Of a stretch of 64,000 nucleotides of DNA, positions 8,987-19,042 are shown in pieces (position 1 is the first letter of the stretch; each line of letters begins with the position of its first letter). This DNA is from an uncultured Chloroflexia bacterium. GTDB lineage: Bacteria > Chloroflexota > Chloroflexia > Thermomicrobiales > UBA6265. The position numbers and the translations under genes are program-made. The DNA lies in assembly GCA_963724295.1 (NCBI GenBank), contig CAVRUC010000004.1:224001-288000 (forward strand). The letters run 5' to 3'. The notes beneath the pieces are model-generated. The model saw only the letters and a program-made list of their open reading frames with translations. It did no database searches and was not told the origin of the DNA.

Positions 8987-11900
8987 ATGACCGCCAGTGT
9001 CTCCGGTCAGCCCAGCGTCAGCGAAGTCCGGTCCAACGGCAAAGGGCCCGGATCGAACGGCGCACTCCCGTTTGCCGCCGCGGCGCTCCAGAACGACCTG
9101 CAACGCCGCATCGCGGGCGAGGTCCGCTTCGACGCCGTCTCCCGCATGCTCTACAGCACCGATGCCTCCAACTATCAGATCGATCCCGTCGGCGTCGTCA
9201 TCCCGGCCTCCCGCGACGATGTCCTGGCCACTATTGAGATTGCCGCCCAGCATCGGGGTCCCGCTGCTGCCGCGAGGCGGCGGCTCGTCGCTCTCTGGCC
9301 AAACGGTCGGCGCGGCGCTGGTGATCGACTTCTCCAAGATGCTGTCGAGGGTGCTGGAGATCGATCTCGAAGGGGGGTTCGTCACCGTCGAGCCCGGGAT
9401 CAATATCGATGCCCTCAATCGCCAGCTGAAACCGCAAGGGGTGATGTTCGGCCCTGATCCCGCCTCCGCCAATCGCGCCACTGCCGGCGGCGTCGTCGGC
9501 AACAACTCGACCGGTTCGCACTCGATCCTCTACGGCATGACCGGCGACAACGTGCAGGCGGTGAAGGCCGCCACGATCGACGGCGCGGTTCTCGATCTCG
9601 GTCCCATGGCGCCCGCCGCGATGGCCGGCCGGGCCAGCATCGACGACGCCAAGGGACACCTCTACGGCCAGCTTCTGGCGTTCCGGGAACGCTACGCAGG
9701 GCTGATCGCGCGCGATTTCCCGCCGCACTGGCGCCGTGCCACCGGCTATTCGCTCGACCAGCTGCTCAAACCCGATGCCGAGTTCAACCCGGCCCGGTTG
9801 CTGGTCTCTTCCGAAGGCACGCTCGCCACACTCCTCGAGGTCACGTTCCGTCTCGTACCGAGACCGACCAGGACTGGGCTCGTGCTGCTTCAGTTTGACG
9901 AGCTCGTCGCCTCCATGGCCGCGACCCCGGTGATCCTCGAAACCGATCCCTCTGCGGTCGAGCTGATGGGCCGCATGCTGATCAATCTCACCCGATCGCA
10001 GCCCGGCTTCGCGCGCCAGATCTCGATGATCGAAGGTGATCCCGCCGCGGTGCTCGTGGTCGAGTACTACGGCGAGACCGATGCCGAGCTGGAGCAGAAA
10101 GCCGAGCGCCTCAAGTCTCACCTCGTCGGCCGCGGCGTTCGCACCACCACCGATCCCGTGGTCGTGCTCGATCCGGCGCGACAGGAGGATGTCTGGTCGG
10201 TTCGCAAGGCTGGTCTGGGTCTCCTGATGAGCGTCCGCGGCGACCACAAGCCGATCCCGGTGATCGAGGATGTCTCAGTCCCGGTCGAGCACCTTGCCGA
10301 GTACGTGGGGGCCATCGAAGAGCTGGTGACCGCGCACGGGACGACCGCTGCCTACTACGCGCACGCCTCGGCCGGCTGTCTCCACATCCGCCCCTTGATC
10401 AACCTCAAGACGGTCGAGGGCGTCGAGTCCATGTCGGACATGGCGTATGCCGCCGCCGGTCTGGCGCGCCGCTTCGGCGGTGTCATGTCCGGCGAGCACG
10501 GCGACGGCCTGCAACGCTCCGAGCTCAACGAGCTGATCTTCGGACCGGAGCTCTATCAGGCGATGCGCGAGTTCAAGCGCATCTGGGACCCACCTGGTCT
10601 GATGAACCCGGGGAAGAAGGTCAACGCACCACCGATGACCGAAAACCTGCGTTTCGGACCATCGTATCGAGCGAACGAGCCGAAGACCTATCTTGATTTC
10701 GGCGCCGAAGGGGGATTTGCGCGCGCCGTCGAGATGTGCAACGGAGCGGGCGTCTGCCGCAAGCTGAAGGCGGGCACCATGTGCCCTTCCTTCATGGCCA
10801 CCCGGGACGAGAAAGACTCGACCCGAGGCCGTGCCAACGCTTTGCGCGATGTCCTCGCCCGGGGCACGCTCGACCGACCGGATCTGGCCTCGAAAGACGT
10901 CTACGACGTGCTCGATCTCTGCCTGTCTTGCAAGGCCTGCAAGACCGAATGCCCGTCCAGCGTCGACATGGCCAAGCTCAAAACCGAGTTTCTGGCCCAC
11001 TATCAGGCGGAGCATGGCGCCTCGTTGCGCTCCCGGGTCTTCGGGCACATCCACGATCTGTCCCGGCTGGCGTCGCCGGTGGCCCCAGTTGTCAATCTCG
11101 GCATGCGTCTCGGACTCGATGCACCGGTGAAGAAAGCGCTCGGCGTGGCGCCGGAGCGGAGTCTCTCGCCGTTCGCGGCGCGTACATTCACCGACCACTG
11201 GCGCAGGCATCAGCGGCGCCATGCGGGAAGGCCGCGCCAGACGCGCGGCAAGGTCGTCTATTTCCACGACACCTTCACCGAGTACAACTACCCGCGTATC
11301 GGCATGGCGGCGGTGAAGCTGCTGGAGGCGGCCGGGTTCGAGGTCATCATCGAGAAGCGCCGCGCCTGTTGCGGCCGCCCCCTGCTCTCCAAGGGATTTG
11401 TCGACGAGGCTCGCAACCTGGCGCGGCGTAATGTGGAAGTGCTGGCGCCCTACGCCCAGCAGGAGATCCCGATTGTTGGCACCGAGCCGAGCTGCATCCT
11501 GACCCTGCGCGACGAGTTTCGCGACTTGCTTCCCGATGACGCGGACGTCGCGGCGATCGCCCGCGAGACCTACATGATCGATGAGTTCCTGGCCAAGCTG
11601 GATCGGGCCGGCGACCTTGGCATCGTCTGGAAAGACGGCGCGGGGCCGGATGTCCTGTTCCACGGGCATTGTCATCAGAAGGCGCTCATCGGCATAGGCC
11701 CGTCGATGGCGATGCTCGCCACCGCGGGCTGCCACGCGACCGAGAGCGGCGCCGGCTGCTGCGGGATGGCCGGCTCCTTCGGCTACGAAGCCGAGCACTA
11801 CGAGGTCTCGCGCAAGATCGGCGAGGAACGGCTCTTCCCGGCGGTTGCGGCGACGACGACCGCAACGACCGTCAGCGTCGCCGGAGTCTCCTGCCGGCAG

Positions 11901-12074
11901 CAGATCGAGCACTTCACCGAACGCCGGACGAAGCACATCGCCGAGGTCCTGGCGGAGCGGATCGCCCCCGGTCATGCCTGGTCGGCCCGCGCTCCGGAAC
12001 CGGTTCCCGCCGAGGTGGCCCCGACGCCGGAGTCGGTGGCGCATGCCCGGAACACTGGCGCGGGTCCCGCCTGA
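8987..12074 (+). CDS. FAD-linked oxidase fused to Fe-S/CCG domains (GlcD-GlcF / YdiJ-like 2-hydroxyacid dehydrogenase); +1 frameshift at the GGGG near 9255
   Basis: LYSTDASNY lies in ORF 8882..9457. [45 protein letters not shown] and CCG motifs lie in ORF 8997..12074. Confidence 0.92.
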
Positions 12075-12137
12075 CAAGCGCTCCTGCTGATCGCGATCGC
12101 CGGGGAGTACCATCGCTTTTCGAGCGTGGAGCGGCGA

Positions 12138-12881
12138 ATGGCTGAGCCCAACGGACCCAACCGAAGAAGCACGCGCATCCTCCTCGTCGAGGATGAGCCG
12201 AGCATCTCCGGGTTCGTACGTCGCGGTCTTCATTTCGAAGGCTACGACGTCGACGTGGTTCCCGACGGCCCAGGCGCCTTGCGCCGTCTCCGTGAGAGTC
12301 CGCCCGATCTGCTGGTGCTCGACGTGATGGTGCCCGGCGTCGACGGGTTTGAGATCGCGCGCCGCCTGCGCGCCGCGGAAAGCGCCGAGAAATTACCCTC
12401 GATCCCCATCCTGATGCTCACCGCGCGTGACGCCGTAGCCGACCGCGTCACCGGATTGCGGTCCGGAGCCGACGATTACCTCGTCAAGCCATTCGATTTC
12501 GAGGAGCTTCTGGCCCGCATCGAGGCGCTCCTGCGGCGGGCCTCGATTGCCACCCAGCAGGAGTCGGCTCACGAGACGCTGCGGTTTGCTGACCTCGTTG
12601 TCGATCTCGCCGGTCGCACCGTTCGCCGCGGCGAGCGCGACATCCACCTCACCACGCGGGAGTTCGATCTGCTGGTCCTCTTCCTCAACCACCCGGAAAA
12701 GGTTCTGCCACGATCCACAATCATGGCTCGCATCTGGGGCGACGATTTCTTCGGTGATTCGAATGTGCTGGAAGTGTTCGTCGGCAACCTGAGGCGCGCG
12801 CTCGAGGCCGAGGGCGAACCGCGCCTGATCCAGACAGTGCGCGGTGTGGGGTACGTGCTGCGGAGTGCGGCCGGGTCATGA
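12138..12881 (+). CDS. OmpR/MprA-family response regulator
   Basis: LLVEDE, LVLDVMVPG, ADDYLVKPF; winged-helix tail IQTVRGVGY. Confidence 0.95.
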   Translation: MAEPNGPNRRSTRILLVEDEPSISGFVRRGLHFEGYDVDVVPDGPGALRRLRESPPDLLVLDVMVPGVDGFEIARRLRAAESAEKLPSIPILMLTARDAVADRVTGLRSGADDYLVKPFDFEELLARIEALLRRASIATQQESAHETLRFADLVVDLAGRTVRRGERDIHLTTREFDLLVLFLNHPEKVLPRSTIMARIWGDDFFGDSNVLEVFVGNLRRALEAEGEPRLIQTVRGVGYVLRSAAGS

Positions 12882-14548
12882 AAGCCGAGGTGTCGCGCCA
12901 TTTTCACCCGTCCACTCGGGTGCGCCTCACCGCCTGGTACGCCGCGCTGCTCCTCGTGGTGCTCTTTGCCCTCGGAGCCTCGGTCGATACCCTGGCGCGG
13001 AACCGGCTCATGGCGGACGTCGACAATCGACTGCAAAGCACCGCCGAGGATATCGGCTCCGGTATCGAAAGCAATTTGGCCAGCTGGTCGTTCTCAACCG
13101 AGCCGGTCAGCTTCGAAGACATCGTGCCGACCCTGGGCTCCTTCGCGTCGCGTGGTCAGCTGATCCAGATCGTCTCCCCGGACGGCGATGTCGTCCGCAG
13201 TTCGGAGTACGCCCCCGGCAAACCGATCGTGGCCGAGTCCAGCGAGCCCAGCGGAGAATCCAGGATCGTCTCGACCACGCTAGCGGGGGAGGAGGCTCGG
13301 GCCGTCCATTACCCGGTTACCGTCACCGATCGCAACGGTGTGCGCTGGTACATCGGCGCGGTGGTTGTCGGCGAACGCCTGACGACGATGCATGAGACGC
13401 TCGCGTCCCTGCGCCAGGTGCTTCTGGTGACGTCCGCCCTGGGGCTCGCACTCGCCCTTGCCGGCGGCTGGGCGCTGGCCGGTCGGGCACTGCGGCCAGT
13501 GGACCGCGTCACCGCCGCCGCCGCCGCTATCGCCACGGGGGATGGCACGGCGATGTCCCTGAGCTCCCGCCTCCTGGTGCCCCCGACAAACGACGAGCTC
13601 TCCCGCCTCTCCGCGACCTTCAACGCCATGCTCGATCGCCTGCAGGCATCATTTCGGGCTCAGGAGCGTTTCGTCGGCGATGCGTCCCACGAGCTGCGCA
13701 CGCCGCTGACCGCGATCCGGGGCAATGTCGACGTCTTGCTGCGCCAGGCGCGTCTCGACGGTCGCCGGCTCGACCCGACCGATCTCACGAGCGCGCTCGA
13801 CGACATCCGCCGCGAGAGCGACCGCATGCGGCGATTGCTGGAAGATCTCCTGCTCCTCGCCCGCGCGGATGCGGACGCAGGAAGTACCCCGGACAAGACC
13901 GCGCCGATTCGTCATGAACTGGTGCGGCTGGACGAGATCGCGTCGGAAGCGGTGCGCTCCGCCGAGGCGCTGGCATCCGGTCAGGTGTTCGAGCTGGAAG
14001 CGCCGCGTGGCGTCGAGGTGCACGGCGACTCCGATCGCCTCCACCAGCTCGTGATGATCCTGCTCGACAACGCGATCCGGCACACCCCGTCAGGCGGCAG
14101 GATCCGGGTCGCGGTGGCAGCCACGCCCGATGGCCAGGCACGCATCGCCGTCCGCGATGAAGGAGAAGGCATCGCTCCCGAGCACCTACCACACGTGTTC
14201 GAGCGGTTCTACCGGGCCGATGGAGCACGCGGGCGGTCTTCGGGTGGCACCGGACTGGGGCTGGCCATCGCCCAGGCCATCTGCCGGGCCCACGGCGGCG
14301 AGATTTCGGTGACGAGCGCTCCGGACCAGGGCGCGACGTTCCTGGTGACCCTACCAGGCGGAAGACAGACCGAAGCCGAAGTCGCCGCGACGAAGTTGAC
14401 TGAGGCAACTGGCGGCCACGCCCCGGGCGGCACGCCTGGCTATGGCCGCAACAGGATCAAGGCCGCGATCGCGCCCCCGACCAGAACAACAAACGCGATC
14501 GGCAACACGAGTCCGAGAATGGACTCCCGGCGGAATCCGAGACCGTAG
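12878..14548 (+). CDS. HAMP-domain sensor histidine kinase
   Basis: Two TM helices, HAMP domain, H-box SHELRTPLT, N-box LLDNAIRH, G-boxes DEGEG and GGTGLGL. ATGA overlap with the regulator. The true stop may be earlier (14399). Confidence 0.95.
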   Translation: MKAEVSRHFHPSTRVRLTAWYAALLLVVLFALGASVDTLARNRLMADVDNRLQSTAEDIGSGIESNLASWSFSTEPVSFEDIVPTLGSFASRGQLIQIVSPDGDVVRSSEYAPGKPIVAESSEPSGESRIVSTTLAGEEARAVHYPVTVTDRNGVRWYIGAVVVGERLTTMHETLASLRQVLLVTSALGLALALAGGWALAGRALRPVDRVTAAAAAIATGDGTAMSLSSRLLVPPTNDELSRLSATFNAMLDRLQASFRAQERFVGDASHELRTPLTAIRGNVDVLLRQARLDGRRLDPTDLTSALDDIRRESDRMRRLLEDLLLLARADADAGSTPDKTAPIRHELVRLDEIASEAVRSAEALASGQVFELEAPRGVEVHGDSDRLHQLVMILLDNAIRHTPSGGRIRVAVAATPDGQARIAVRDEGEGIAPEHLPHVFERFYRADGARGRSSGGTGLGLAIAQAICRAHGGEISVTSAPDQGATFLVTLPGGRQTEAEVAATKLTEATGGHAPGGTPGYGRNRIKAAIAPPTRTTNAIGNTSPRMDSRRNPRP

Positions 14549-14580
14549 ATTCCGGTTAGCTCCCGGATCCGGTCCAACAC
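14440..14580 (-). CDS. Small single-pass membrane protein (46 aa)
   Basis: GGAGGT 7 nt before GTG at 14580. Sequence MLDRIRELTGIYGLGFRRESILGLVLPIAFVVLVGGAIAALILLRP. Confidence 0.5.
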   Translation of the reverse strand: MLDRIRELTGIYGLGFRRESILGLVLPIAFVVLVGGAIAALILLRP

Positions 14581-14728
14581 GTCGCCCACCTCCAGCGCCT
14601 CTCGAGCGCCAAACATCAGTCGATGTCGCATCGCGGAGTGATCACCCTCCGCGGGCCACTCTCTTCGTTCGGATCATACCCCACGACCAAGTCCGTGGAT
14701 CAGATTGTGGGCACGAGGTCGTGTCGCT

Positions 14729-16351
14729 CTAGCCGGAAGCGTCCTCGTGAGCGTTGAGATGTGACCCCGGCAACGCGCGCATGGCGGGGAACAGAATGAC
14801 ATCCCGGATGTTGCTCTGATCGGTCAGCAGCATCGTCAAGCGGTCGATGCCGATACCAATGCCGCCGGTGGGCGGCATGCCGTACATCAGCGCGTTGACG
14901 TAGTCCTCGTCAATCGGCATCGCTTCTTCGTCGCCCGCCTCGCGGTCCCGCTGCTGCTCGACGAAGCGGGAGAGCTGATCGAGGGGATCGTTCAGCTCGG
15001 TGAAGGCGTTGGCGATCTCGCCCCCGCCGATATAGAGCTGGAACCGCTCCACATGCGTCGGATCGTCCGGCTTGCGCTTGGCCAGCGGCGAAAGCTCGAC
15101 GGGGTAGTCGAGCAAGAACGTCGGTTGGATCAGGTTGGGGCGCACGAACTGCTTCAACAGCTCGTCGACGATTCGCGGCCAGACCGTATCGCTGGCCACA
15201 TCCGCCCCGGCCGCGCGCGCCGCGGCCAGGAGAGCGGGCTGATCCGGGAATGCCGTGTAGTCGACGCCGCTGGCCTCGCGAATAGCATCGCGCAACGTGA
15301 CCCGAGTGAACGGCGCGCTGAGGTCGATCTCGACGCCATTGTTGGTGAAACGTGGTTCGCCGAAGACGTCGATCGCGACCTGCCGGATCAACTCTTCAGC
15401 CATCGCCATGACGTGCTCGTAGTCCGAGTAGGCCTCGTACCACTCCAGCATCGTGAACTCAGGCTGGTGGTTGCGGTCCATGCCCTCGTTGCGGAAGTCC
15501 TTGCAGATTTCGTAGACCCGCTCGAAGCCACCGACGATCAATCGCTTCAGATAGAGCTCGACGGCGATGCGCAAGTAAAAGGTCTGGCCGAGCGCGTGAT
15601 GGATCGTCGTGAACGGGCGAGCCGCGGCGCCGCCGTAGAGCGGTTGCAACGTCGGCGTCTCCACCTCGATGAACCCCCGCGCATCGAGGAAGCGACGGAT
15701 GGAGGAGACGATCTTCGATCGAGTCTCGAAGACGGCCCGCACCTCCTCGTTGGCAATCAGATCCGCATAGCGCTGCCGGTAGCGCGTCTCCACATCCTGC
15801 AAGCCATGCCATTTTTCGGGTGGGGCGTTGAGCGCCTTGCTCAAGATCGCGAAGTCACTGACCCGCAGCGAAACCTCGCCGGCGCGGGTACGGAATAGCC
15901 GGCCGGTCGCCTGCAGGAAATCGCCCAGATCGTAGAGCTTGAGGAAGTCCTCGAAGGCATCTGGACCCACGTCGTCGCGCCGCAGGTAGAGCTGCAGCTC
16001 GCCAGAGCCGTCGCGCACGTGGGCGAACACCGTCTTGCCCTGGTGGCGGCGGCTGATGAGGCGACCGGCAACGGTCGTCTCGGCCTCATCTTCGCCGCTC
16101 TCGGGCAACGACGCTTCGATCGCGCTGAACCGCTCCTTCGCCTCGCGAACCGCGCTGCCGCGGTGCGCTCGGGGCGGATAGGGATCAATCCCGCGCTCGC
16201 GGAATGCCTCGACCTTGTCCTGGCGGACCTCCTGCAGCTCCGAGAGCCGCATCGCGCCGCCCAGTGCCCGCTCCAGGTCACCCATAGATACATCTTCGAC
16301 CGAGACGAGCTTCGCCTGCGAGGTCTCGTTCCCGGCCGGCTCCGCGGTCAC
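14729..16351 (-). CDS. lysS: Lysyl-tRNA synthetase (class II)
   Basis: RYRQRYADL, EVETPTL, GGAAARPF, FRNEG, ANAFTELNDP, GMPPTGGIGIGIDRL. Confidence 0.98.
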   Translation of the reverse strand: MTAEPAGNETSQAKLVSVEDVSMGDLERALGGAMRLSELQEVRQDKVEAFRERGIDPYPPRAHRGSAVREAKERFSAIEASLPESGEDEAETTVAGRLISRRHQGKTVFAHVRDGSGELQLYLRRDDVGPDAFEDFLKLYDLGDFLQATGRLFRTRAGEVSLRVSDFAILSKALNAPPEKWHGLQDVETRYRQRYADLIANEEVRAVFETRSKIVSSIRRFLDARGFIEVETPTLQPLYGGAAARPFTTIHHALGQTFYLRIAVELYLKRLIVGGFERVYEICKDFRNEGMDRNHQPEFTMLEWYEAYSDYEHVMAMAEELIRQVAIDVFGEPRFTNNGVEIDLSAPFTRVTLRDAIREASGVDYTAFPDQPALLAAARAAGADVASDTVWPRIVDELLKQFVRPNLIQPTFLLDYPVELSPLAKRKPDDPTHVERFQLYIGGGEIANAFTELNDPLDQLSRFVEQQRDREAGDEEAMPIDEDYVNALMYGMPPTGGIGIGIDRLTMLLTDQSNIRDVILFPAMRALPGSHLNAHEDASG

Positions 16352-16812
16352 GCGACCTCGACCACCGTGAAGACGATCGCACCACTCGGGGTCCGCACGG
16401 TCGCCGCGTCACCGGCGCGGCAGCCCATGATGGCCTGTCCAACCGGCGACTCGGTCGAGATCGTACCGTCGAGCGTGTTGGCCTCCTGCGGGCTGACCAG
16501 GATCCAGGTCTCTTCCTCGCCGTCGTCACTGCGGAGCTTCACCGTCGAGCCGAGACCAACGACCTCGTCGCCATCCTGGCGCTGGATGATCTCGGCATGA
16601 TCCAGGGTCTGCTCGAGCTCGAAGATGCGAGCTTCGAGGCTGGCCCACTCGTCCTTGAGCTCCTCGTACTCGCTGTTGTCGGAGATGTCTCCGCTCTCGG
16701 TCGCCTCCTGAATCCTGGCGTGCAGCTCGGGCCTGCGACGCGTGCGGAGGTCCTGCAGCTCTTCTTCGAGCCGGCTCTTACCTGCTTGAGTTAGCCAGAC
16801 TGTCTGTACCAT
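16348..16812 (-). CDS. greA: Transcription elongation factor GreA
   Basis: LTQAGKSRLEEEL, GDISDNSEY, ISTESPVGQA. Directly upstream of lysS. Confidence 0.96.
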   Translation of the reverse strand: MVQTVWLTQAGKSRLEEELQDLRTRRRPELHARIQEATESGDISDNSEYEELKDEWASLEARIFELEQTLDHAEIIQRQDGDEVVGLGSTVKLRSDDGEEETWILVSPQEANTLDGTISTESPVGQAIMGCRAGDAATVRTPSGAIVFTVVEVA

Positions 16813-16950
16813 CGACGCGGCATCCTTTCCGGATCGTCGCGACCTCAATCCGCTCCGCTCGCGATCGAGCGGGAACAGCGAGAGGCAGGCGATCCGTCGC
16901 CGGACGGTTGAGGTTCGCGGCAGCGCCTGCCGCGGCTGCTCACCGCATGG

Positions 16951-16977
16951 GAAAAAGCCAGGGGCACGCCCCCGGCT
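16951..16977 (-). terminator. Intrinsic terminator in the greA leader
   Basis: AGCCGGGGG-CGTG-CCCCTGGCT (9-bp stem) followed by TTTT on the minus strand. Confidence 0.7.
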
Positions 16978-16993
16978 CATGATTGAATGCGTA

Positions 16994-16999
16994 AGTATA
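16994..16999 (-). promoter_or_regulatory. Putative sigma-70 -10 box of greA-lysS
   Basis: TATACT on the minus strand just upstream of the leader hairpin. No clear -35 box. Confidence 0.5.
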
Positions 17000-17153
17000 C
17001 CCCGGCATCGCTCACACCGTGCGCCGGAAGAGCACGATGCACCGAACATGCTAAACTTCCCTCTCTGCACGCGCAGTCGCCGCTGGCTTTTTCAATGCCG
17101 GCGGCGCGTTGCGTGAGGCGTCTGACTCTTCCGCCCTGGGACCGCAATCTGTT

Positions 17154-18593
17154 ATGAGCCCCGTCACCGTTAGCCCACTCTCTCAGCGCCGCGTTGACCT
17201 GGCCCCGAGCGTTCCCGGGCAGGTCGATGCGGTGTCTCCGGGATCGCTGGCCATGGAGCTCGGAATCGAGCCTGGCGATCGCATCGTCGGCATCAACGGG
17301 CTGCCGCTGATCGACGCACTCGACTTCCAGTTTCAGGCGCAGGCGGAGCGCGTAATCCTCGACGTGGAACGCGCCGGGGTGCTGCTCCGCTATGACCTCG
17401 AGCTCGGAGGGGACGAATTCTGGGGCGTAACCTTCGCCGACCCGACATTCGACGGGGTCCGTATCTGCGAAAACGCGTGCCCGTTCTGTTTCATCAAGCA
17501 GATCCCCAAGGGAATGCGGCGCTCGCTCTATGTCATGGACGACGACTACCGCTATTCGATGCTCTATGGCAGCTTCGTCACGCTCACGAACCTGACCGAA
17601 GATGATTGGCGGCGCATCGAGGAGCAGCACATCTCCCCGCTTCACGTCTCGGTCCACAGTACCGACCCCGACTTGCGCGTCGCTCTCGTCGGCAACCCCA
17701 GGGCCGGGCGCATCATGGACGATCTCGCCCGGCTGGAGCGAGCCAGTATCGACTTCCACGCCCAGCTCGTGCTCGTACCGGGCGTCAATGACGGCCCGCA
17801 GCTCGATCGCAGCCTGCGTGACCTGGCGACCTTCGGCGGCCGTCTTCGCTCGATCGCCGGTGTGCCGGTCGGGCTCTCGCGCCACGGTCAGGAGCGTCAG
17901 AGCCGCCAGCTGCGTCTCTCCAGAACCTGCATGCGAACGCTTCCCGGGAAGCAGATCGCCGTACGCCGCTACCGCGAAGACGAAGCGCTGGCCGTCATCT
18001 CCCAGGCCGCATCGTGGCAGGCGCGATTCGAGCGGGAGCGCGGTGACCCATTCTTCTATCTCGGCGACGAGTTCTATCTGATGACCGGCACACCCGTGCC
18101 AGACGCAACGCATTACGGCGGCTTCCCGCAAATCGAGGACGGCATCGGGATCACCCGCCACTTCCTGGACGCCGCCGACAGCTTCCTGCGCCGCTCGAAG
18201 CCAAACGGCCTGGCCGGGACCCGGGGAACCGTGGCGTGCGGCGAACTGATCGCTCCCACGATGCGCGCGGCGGTTGAGCGCTTCAATGGACGCACCGGAG
18301 CGGCTTTGGACACGGTCGCGGTCGAGAACGTCTATCTCGGCACGGAGATCAATGTCTCTGGACTGCTCAGTGGTCAGGACCTGCTCGCCACCTTCGCGCG
18401 TCGCCCCGCAACTGAACCGCTTTACATCTCGGATCGTATGGTCAGCCAGCGCACCGGGACCCTACTCGACGACATGACGATCGAGGAAGTCGAGCTCGCG
18501 CTCGGCCGGCCGGTCATCCCAGCCGCCGACCTCTCTGACGTGGCCCGCGACCTGCGCACGCGAGCCAGACGCCAGGCGCTCGTCGCCGCGTGA
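17154..18593 (+). CDS. DUF512 radical-SAM-like protein with N-terminal PDZ domain
   Basis: PDZ-like PGSLAMELGIEPGDRI, CENACPFC, RRSLYVMDDDYR, VPGVNDG, FPQIEDGIG. Confidence 0.9.
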   Translation: MSPVTVSPLSQRRVDLAPSVPGQVDAVSPGSLAMELGIEPGDRIVGINGLPLIDALDFQFQAQAERVILDVERAGVLLRYDLELGGDEFWGVTFADPTFDGVRICENACPFCFIKQIPKGMRRSLYVMDDDYRYSMLYGSFVTLTNLTEDDWRRIEEQHISPLHVSVHSTDPDLRVALVGNPRAGRIMDDLARLERASIDFHAQLVLVPGVNDGPQLDRSLRDLATFGGRLRSIAGVPVGLSRHGQERQSRQLRLSRTCMRTLPGKQIAVRRYREDEALAVISQAASWQARFERERGDPFFYLGDEFYLMTGTPVPDATHYGGFPQIEDGIGITRHFLDAADSFLRRSKPNGLAGTRGTVACGELIAPTMRAAVERFNGRTGAALDTVAVENVYLGTEINVSGLLSGQDLLATFARRPATEPLYISDRMVSQRTGTLLDDMTIEEVELALGRPVIPAADLSDVARDLRTRARRQALVAA

Positions 18594-18916
18594 CGAACGG
18601 CGCCAATCGCGCGTCTGATGTGTCGAAATACCGGAACGGGAGTCTGCTTTCGGTCCTCGTCTTTCCTCGCGCCGGCAAGTCCTCGATCGCACAGCTGGCC
18701 GACGGCACTATCCAGATTCGCGTCGCCGCGCCGCCGGTGGATGGCGCCGCCAACGCCGCGCTCCTGCGATTCCTCGCCGGCATGCTCGACGTGCCACGAT
18801 CGAGGCTCTCGATCGCATCCGGCGCCTCCAGTCGCCGCAAACGCATCAGTGTCGATGGCATTGCGCCAGATGAGCTCGAACGACGTCTTCAAGCCGCTCT
18901 TGGCAAGGAGAGCTAA
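18590..18916 (+). CDS. DUF167 (YggU-like) protein
   Basis: VFPRA, AAPPVDGAANAAL, GASSRRK. Confidence 0.9.
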   Translation: MTNGANRASDVSKYRNGSLLSVLVFPRAGKSSIAQLADGTIQIRVAAPPVDGAANAALLRFLAGMLDVPRSRLSIASGASSRRKRISVDGIAPDELERRLQAALGKES

Positions 18917-18930
18917 GGCCGTTGCGCCAA

Positions 18931-19016
18931 TCGTGTCATTCCGACGAAGGAGGAACCTCGTCCGAACGTGCCTTGAATAGGACCACGACGAGATCCCTCG
19001 TGCCTCGGGATGACAC
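18931..19016. repeat. Palindromic GTCATTCCGA...TCGGGATGAC miniature element, copy 1
   Basis: Inverted ends GTGTCATTCCGA / TCGGGATGACAC and inner stem GAGGAACCTCGTC / GACGAGATCCCTC. Shares TCGTGTCATTCCGA with 27121. Confidence 0.8.
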
Positions 19017-19042
19017 CGTCTTGGGGCGTACCTCTGGCCTAT

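Noticed and set aside
9250..9262. Programmed frameshift or phase variation at the GGGG run
   Set aside because: The run is too short for a contingency locus and has no stimulatory signal. It fits the window-wide +1 insertion pattern.
10275..12233. Long antisense or alternative-frame ORFs (e.g. 142..1455 +, 10275..12233 -, 16977..18161 -, 32523..33779 -, 46922..48118 -, 59126..60193 +)
   Set aside because: Shadow ORFs of well-supported genes, expected from GC-rich codon bias. No recognisable motifs.
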